DNA of 52,317 bases from a virus. Its lineage: Duplodnaviria; Caudoviricetes. The stretch lies in IMG/VR virus record IMGVR_UViG_3300016467_000054, positions 1 to 52,317 of that record. One strand, 5' to 3'. Under the pieces are notes generated by a model. That model saw nothing but the letters and a program-made list of their open reading frames with translations. It had not been told where the DNA came from and searched no databases. This document shows, piece after piece, positions 29,001 to 38,000 of this stretch (within the stretch, counting starts at the first letter, position 1; each line of letters begins with the position of its first letter). The translations under genes and the position numbers were made by a program.

Positions 29001-32000
29001 ACTGCATTTTTAGCAGGAGCAACATTAAGAGTTAATAAACCACTGTAGCTAGTAAATCCTTTAGATGTAGATTTTTTAATACTCAATGTGTAATCTTCTT
29101 TAAGAACATCAACACCATCGATTGTCACTGTATGAGAATTAATTAACAGTACCGGACTAAACTTTAAACTAAATTGCAATCTAGATCCTGTACCTAAGAA
29201 TGTTTCAGTTTCTGTAATTTCTGATACCAAATAAGTTTTAGATATTCTATCAAACTTAATAGAAATCTTGTTTGCACGAACAACTTCAGATTCTATAATT
29301 GCTACTGCTCGAGCCTGAACTCCGTCCACTCCTAGACTACCATCAATTGAGATTTCTGGGGCTTTTAGGTATCCGGTACCTGAACTAATCAGTTGAATTC
29401 TATTAACTTTTCCGTTTGACACGTATGCTTTAGCAGATGCGCCCGAGCCATATCCTCCAATAATGTTAACTACAGGATTGTCAATATAACCAGATCCACC
29501 ATCTACTATTACAATATCTTGTATAGTAAATCCAACATGGTCTTTCCAATGTTTCCAAGGATATTGATTTAGTTCTGTATCATAAGAGAAAATGCCGCCG
29601 CTATCTACAAAAGCATTAACTGGGTCTATAGTTAAATCCTCATTTAGCTTCGGAGGAAGATCAAAGTCAGTTACTGAGTTGTAAGAATTGTCTAAAGACT
29701 TATATTGACTAATATATTCTCTAATCTGAGTTCTATACGGCTTTACTTCTTTAATATAATCTTCAAAGTTAGCTAAGTTATCGTTATTATAATTTGCTTT
29801 TTGTTTGAAATACCCCACTTTGTGTGTTGCTTTAACAAAGCTAGTTTTAAACGCCCAGTCAACGAATGTCTGTTCGTTTAGAGCATATCTAACACTAGCA
29901 AAGAATAATTTTAAATATTCTACTTTTAACTCATCAACAAATATTTTATTTTTAATTGTGTCAATGATAATTTTTAATTCTACGTCAGGTACATTATCAT
30001 AATACAAACTATCATAGAGGCCTCCATCAAAGCCATCTACAGAATTTGAAAAATCATATAGTGAACTAGAAAATTTAATAGTGCCGTTTTGTCGTCCAAC
30101 TACCGTGTAACTTAGTGTATAGTCGATAGAAGGATTGTTAGCATATTTTTCTAACAAGATCCAACCACCTGAACCAATATTATTAACTTTTACTACATTT
30201 CCTATTTCAGCTTGCAATGATGCTAGTTGATATGTGTTGTCTATAACAAAATCAATTTTAGTAAATTGACTATAACCTGTTGCATACCAATCTATATAAT
30301 TCCAATAGCTAGTAACATCATATGACTGACTCTTAGTACGAGACCATGTCTGCGATGCTGAATCAAAACTATATACACTCCACTTATCAAACACATTAGC
30401 ATCTGATTTAACTAATACAGAATACGTTCTTATAGATAATCTAGTTTCTGGCAAATATCCTTTACCAGAATTAATAATATCAACGCCAGTGACTTGTCCT
30501 AATTCGTTGATTTTTGTTCGTAGTTCGGCGCCTTGACCTTGCTTACTGTGTACAGAAATGTACGGTGCATTTACATAGCCATATCCTGGATTATTAATTA
30601 CAATGTCAGTTATTCTGCCATTAACAATTACAGGAGTTACTTGAGCTTGCTGAACTAATGCTGTTCCTATAAATCGAAGTTCTAAATCTGTATCTATTTC
30701 TACATCCCATGTACCTGTTACTTTACTAGGTCTAGGATCAAATTTTTGCAAATCTGTCAAATCATAATCGTCTGCTATTAAAATACCAGACAGAACAGAA
30801 TTAACTCGTTCAATGTATTGTTTTAATGCTTCAACTCTATTAACAAACATACTTTGACGAGGTCTAAATTCTATTCCATAACGGCGTTTGAAAGGAAGAT
30901 CTGTATCCGGTAATGGCAAGTTATTTTCGTCCTTACCAACTAGACTGTGTATCCATTTCTTTTCAATTTCGCTAGGAATAATAGTTTCTACATTTTCACT
31001 TAAAATCTTCCACTGACTATGAGCGTTAATTTCGGTGTATTGAGGTATTACGTTCCAATATTCAACATTTAAATTATTTTCTGTACCTTTTATCAATGAA
31101 GATGCATTGACTAAAGCAAATGTACTTTTTCCTAACAATGCTAGGCAAGTATATCCTGCACTAACTGGGTCAGCTATTAAATTAGCAACATCACTTGCGC
31201 TTAAAACACGACCAGGAACATTAGGAATAACTTTAGAATTATTAACCCAGTAGTAGTAGGTAAATTTAAATCTTTGAGCTACTGTGTCGTATTTCTTTTT
31301 TACGCTGTAAATTGCATCGCCGTATTTGCTAGTTCCAGAAATTCCTAAACTATCGCCTTTAGGTGTTCCTGATAACTTGTCCCATTCGCTAGGTTTATAC
31401 TTGCTTTCAACCCACTCATACACATCTATGCTAGCTGTCTCATATAATTTGTTCCAGGTAGATGCTCGATATGTTTCATTACCGCTTTGGTTATCTATAA
31501 ACTTTGCTCTTGTTAGATCCCACCATAGCATACCAACATGAGCATTGCTCCATTGCATACCTTCATCAACATTGACTTCTGCTGTTCCGACTGCATACAC
31601 TGCTGGATCAAAATAAGTTTTGTATTTTATTTCTTGGTCAGCTGGACCTGGTATTTTTCCTTGAATAGGGTCTACAATATCAATATACGACAATAGAGTA
31701 TTTGTTACTTTATTGTATACATATGCTTTTTTAATGTTATATGCATTTGGTCTAGGTTCTTCTTGGTGGAAAATTTCCCAGGCCTTGCTGTTTGCTGTTT
31801 TAGTAAATGTATCAACACGACCATTTAATACAAAATCAATGCTATCATAAGGAACACCGACTACGATATTATTGACAGCTACTGCTATAGAAGAACCATA
31901 ACCGTCAGTTGAAGAATTTGTATCAGCAGTGTCTAAACTTTCACTATAGACGTAACTGTTACCAAACTTGTCAAATATGTCAACTCGCCCTGTATCAATT

Positions 32001-35000
32001 TGCACATCTACAATTCGTAATGTATCATTATCAAATGTAGTAGCCTGAGCAGTTGGAGGTGATTCAGGATCTAATAGATAGCTGGTTGTATTTAGGCCTT
32101 CGGTAAATGTATCAAATTCTGTGTATCTATAAACATCGCCGTTAGCTGCAAATGTAACTAATGTTTCGTCATTATTCATTAACGACACAAAAGTTCCTGT
32201 TCTTTCATTTTCTTCTTGCCTGTTTCGATATATTTCTGTTTGCAATGTATAAGAAGAATTAATTTTTGCAAATAGTAATATTGCACCAGAATCTGTTGTT
32301 TTAACATCAAATGCCGGACTACCTACAACTAACAAACTTCCGTCAGCAGATAAATCTATAGATTCACCAAATCTAATTTCTCTTTCTGATGCTAGGTCTG
32401 ATACGCCTAAAGAATCAATTAATTTGTAACCGTTACCTGTATTTTCATATACAAATACTTTTCCAGAATTAACATACCTAATATCATCGATCAAATCCCA
32501 TAGTGTTACATTAAACTCTCCAGAGGTGTTTGTAATACATTGATAATATCCGTCTACTAAGAATGCAGTACCAGTGCCTGTACCAGAAGCTGTTGCAACA
32601 AAACTGACGCCTGCATCATTTGATACAGCACCGATCAATGTAAAATCAGTTGTACCAACTGAAATAATTGTGTATTTTTTTCCTTGAATGATTTCAGTTA
32701 CTAAAACTTCTTTTCCGTTATAGTATACAATATCTTCTAAATTATATTCAAACGAAGGTCTATGAGTACCTTTGAAATTATTTTCAGCGGTTTGATCAGC
32801 AACAGGAGCAGAAATTGCTAGTGTAGATCCATCATTAGAAAAACTCAAACTGTATCCAAACTGGTCGCCAGGTAGTACACTTTCTACTAAATCTTCTACT
32901 GTAGGTTTAACAACAAGATAAGAATCTAGCTGAGCAGATGCTACTTCTTGAGGGAAGTACCCTAGAATATTCGATCTTTGAACTAATTGCCAGGTGCTAG
33001 GATTTTGTGTTAAAGGTGCAGGATCTTGATCGGCTAGACACTGATATAATTCGTATGTATCTGTGTCAAATACTATATCTCCTACTGCATATTTTACTGT
33101 AGCATCAAACGGACCTACATACTGCTTATCGTAATCCATATGCCATGCTGGTGTATTAGTGAATGCACTGTTATATCTAAACATGTATACACGACCTTGC
33201 TCATCGTTATATCCTAGACTAGATACTGCTAATACATAATCGTCGCCGTCTTTAGTCAGCGCCATTCTTGATCCAAACAACTCGTTAGCTGTAGGGAAGG
33301 GGCTTACAAAACTAGAAACTTTACTAAAGTTACCGCTAGTAGAGCTGCGGACCCATAACTCAACATAACCTTGACGTGTTAATGTGCTAGGTGATTTTTC
33401 TGAATCAGTATTAACTAATGTAGCTAATTCCCAGTCTTGACTGAATTGATTAATTGTACTCCAGTCAATACCTGTTAGGTTAGATTTAGCTTTCCAGTGT
33501 GTGCTTAGATAAACATTTCTTGTAGGATCGTTAAATTTAGAAACTAATCGCACAACATCATTTTTACTATAAGAATGTCCGCCGTCATAGTCTCCAGCCC
33601 AAGCTGATTTAACATATGATGCAGCTGGCGCAGCAATGGCTAACCAATCTCCGTCTGGAGAGAAACAAATTTCAGCTCCATAGTTTAAATTAGTTGGACT
33701 AGAAATGCTTAGATCTGGTGTAATAACTTGACGTTGTACCCATGATAGTCCTGTAGAGTCTTTTCCAAAAATTGCAATTTCACTGTTGCTAGTTATTGCC
33801 GCATATTTTCCGTTTTTAGAAACTGCTACCTTTTGTCCAAAATTTAAATTGTCTCCGTCTAAACTTAAACGTTTGATTGATCGAGGTTGATAAACTGGAT
33901 TATTTTTATACACAGTATATAATCCATTACCGCTATCATCAACCCATGCTAGTTCGTCTTTCTTTAATACAGGTGGTAGATTTAAATTCATAGCTGATAC
34001 CGATGCTGATCTAGCTAATGTAAATTTAAATGTTAGTATCCTAGAACTATCAGTAAAAGGAGATTGCCAGTTTGGAATTGTTGTATTAATAAAAATTTTT
34101 CTTAGTTCTACTGAGCTTATCTTGTAAAAACCTTGAAGAGTATCTGAATTAGTTATGGCTATTATATCTCCAGCAACTAGTTCAGGTATTGCAGAACATT
34201 GTAAAGACAACACTCCAGATTTGTATTCTACATCTTCAATATAAAAATTTGTTTTTGTATATCTGTAGACATTCCAGTCTCGTCCCTCAAATGCACACCA
34301 AACATAATCACCTTCTTTAAATCCAGTAATATCTTTGGTTAAGATTTCATCTAGAGTATCTAAATTTAACTTTACATCTTGATACTGAACATAGCCAGGG
34401 GTTCTTAAAAATTCTTTAGTACCATTAATTGACCATGGTTCATTATTATAGTTTGTAGGTTTAATATAAATGTCAGACGGAACTTGTCTAATAATAAAAT
34501 CAGTGTCATTAGTAATTGTAGATACTAGAGAGAACGGCTGAGGATTTAACTTGAATAGTTTTTCATCTAGTTTGAATTCTATTTCATTGTATGTTTCTGT
34601 GGCTCCATATTCACCTACCCTAACAGCCCATTCTTCATAGAACTCAACACTTTCTTCTCCGTCGGCACTTAGTACGTCAAACAGTTTACTTAGTACGTTT
34701 TGTGTACCTTTCTCAATAATCATACCTTGATAGAATTTATATTGACTAACATCATCGTTAATAATATTTTCAAGGTACTGACGCTTTTGATAACCAATTA
34801 GGTGTTGTGCCAATCTCTGCTGTTCAGTATCAAAGTTATCTGTATCTAGATCATAAAAGTCAGTAAATTGTTCAACTTTATAATCCCAGTTAGGCAATAA
34901 CTTAGGAGTTGGTTTTTCATCGATCTTTATCCAGTTGACATTTCTGCTATCGTCGATCAAACGGAAATTGTCTGTGCCTATAACAAATCTATTAGCAACA

Positions 35001-38000
35001 TAATAAAACTGTTTGTACTTTACAGTTTCACCCAAATAATAATCTTTCCATGGTTGCCATTCAGATATTTTAGCATCATCAAATATAAATCCTGGGCTAT
35101 CAAAACCGCCTTGCCAGTTACTAGTAATATATCCTAGCACTTTGATTTTTTCTTGTCTAAATCCAGGCTCTTGATCATAAATGACATCGTTGAACAATGT
35201 TCTATTTTCTAATAACAATACATGCTCTTTTTGCACCAAATATAATACTGCACCATAGATACCATGATTAGTATTTTTTGGTGATAAAGTAAAAGTGTTG
35301 TCTTCTCTAAATGTATTAGTAAATTCGGCATTTAACTTTTGACCGTCTGCTCTAAAAATACTATAGTTGTAAAAATCATCTCTAATATCAGCTACTACGC
35401 TAGTTTCATTAGGAGCAAATATTAATTTTTTAGACAATGGGCTTAGAGATATTGCAGAATTCAAGGCCCAGTTTTGTGTTGTCCAGAATAAGAATTCTTT
35501 GGCGCTAGTTTCCCAGTTATCGATCGCTTTATAATCAGGATTGTATTCGTCAAATATAAATCCTAATTTTTCTAAGTGGGCACCGTGACCTAAAATAAAA
35601 TTAACAACATCTTGCTTAGTTGAAAATATTGTACCATACGGAACTACAGTTGGTAAATCAAAATTCCATGTATTAGGAATAGATGCATCGACTCCTCCTA
35701 CTAATGGCAAACTAGGCAATCTAGTAAAATAATCTAATGTAAAATTATCTGTACTTGTATGAGAAACTTTGGTCCTATAATAGACATTATTATATCTAAC
35801 AATTTTTCCTGCAATATAATATTTTCCACTTTCCCAGTTAACAAAACTTTCTGAAATTCCGCCAACATTAATAACTCGACCTTGCTTTATAGGATTGTAA
35901 GTAGTAAAATACGGTCTATCAAAATCATAACCCCTAACTTCATAACCAGAATCTACTAATGTTACTATTACACCACTATACGAAATTCTCGATATAGGTG
36001 AGCTAGTATTAAGAAATAAATTATAGCTTTCTTCGGGAACAAACACTCCTCCAGAGCTAAGAGGATTTTTACTGTCTAATAATAGTCTATATTTTTCTTT
36101 AGTAGTAAATCCGCCTAACTTAGAAGTAATCTTGTTTGTTAAATTAACTAAGTTTGATTTATAAGAATCTAAATTTGAAGTTAAACTACTGGTTAGGTAA
36201 TCAACAATATAGTTTAATAGACCACTTGTAAATGTTCTAGTTGTTGAGCTAACAGTTGAAGGTAGTACTAGGTCAGCTAACTGAATTCTCACCCCTGTTT
36301 CTGTGTAAATTAATTGATTAGTAACAGACTTAACAATTCTACTTCTGTCTAAACAAGTTCCTAAAACTTTATTAGGCTTTAACAACAATGCCGTTTGAAT
36401 AATTGCAAATGGGTAGTTGCTGCTTCTGCGCCATGATGTTTCTACAGGGTCGCCGTCACCAAATACATAGTTTTCAGAAACAACTGGATTGTACGCTCCG
36501 ATTGCAAAAGAGGAGAATAGAGGGCTAATTAACTTACCGTCCTCATCGACAGGATATCCGCTACTTAGAATAGTTCTGGCAAATTTAGGATTAGTCCTTA
36601 CAGGTTTATTTGGTTCTCTAATTAAACCATTTTTAATATCTTCCCACAATATATAATTGTTACTAGTGTAAGGAAGCGGTCCATATACATCTTCCCACCA
36701 TAACGGTTTGATGCTGAACCCTAGACACTCCCAAGGACGAAGATGCGGACTATCTGTGCCAAACATCCAGTTATACATTCCTCTCCAGTAGGCAGGGACA
36801 TCCTCACCGTTAGGTGCATAAGAGTCTCGATAATTATAGCCAAATGTAATATCAACTGCATTGTCGTATGATGGCTTTACGTTTAAACCAGTCTCATTTT
36901 TCCACTGATAATAGAACTGGCTTAGTACTTGATTATATTCATCTATAGAATAGGTTGATGCTTTATCATATGCAGGTACGAAATCGTAAATATCAAAAAT
37001 GTCAGCATTGTATTTTATTTTAACATTATTAAAAATTCTTTTTTCTAACTCTAAAAGCAAATTGTCTCGATAGTCATTGTATCCAATTAAGATACTTCCG
37101 TCATGACCTCTTATTACTGTCTGCGGAGTTAGGTAAGTATCGTCAACAAATATCTCTGGTTCATACAATGGGTATAAACCTAATTTAGATGGGGTAGCTG
37201 GACAGAAACTTCCATCTGTACTTTCATACTCGTACACATCAATTGTGTCATCTTCACTGAGAGTTACGGTCAAAGTAAAGAAATTTTCAGTACCAAATGT
37301 ATAATCTTTACCGTGTAATAATTGTTCGCCATTTAGATAAATTCCAACTGCTTTGTTTGATAGTGTATCTAAATCAAAGTGTGCAGTTAGCGGATAGGTT
37401 TTTACAGTTGAATCTAATACTGTATAAGATAAAACTTTTGCACCAGAGAACCCAAACATATCTGTTAGATAATATGGATCTGTCTTTGGTTTATTTTTTA
37501 ACATCTCTGTCAAGATGTAATCAACAAACGATCTAGTCTCTGTATAAATTTTAGCATCAAATGCTGCGTTTAAAAATGCTTTCTTAAAATTAGCATAGTC
37601 GCTTCTTGCTTTTTCAATTGCTTTGAAAATGTTTTCACTTTTACTGCCAAAATGGTATAGTGCAGAATTTAAAGGACTGCTGTGTTGTACAAATCTTGTG
37701 CCGTATGGTGTTACAAATCCTAAGTCTCTTAAGTTGCTATAACCTGGGTAATTTCCGACAATTGCAGGAAGATTATCAACTATAGTATCAACATGATTTA
37801 TAACTTCGCCTAGTGTAAAGACTACTACATCTTTGTTTAAGGGGTTGTTTTGTAAACTAATAGGAACTTCATAATATCCTTTTGAATTACAAGGCTGTTT
37901 AGAAAAACATTTTAAAGTAACAATATCTGTTAAAGATACATTTGTAGTTAAATTAACTGTCTTATAAACAGTACCGTCATTGACACTATAAGTATCTTTA

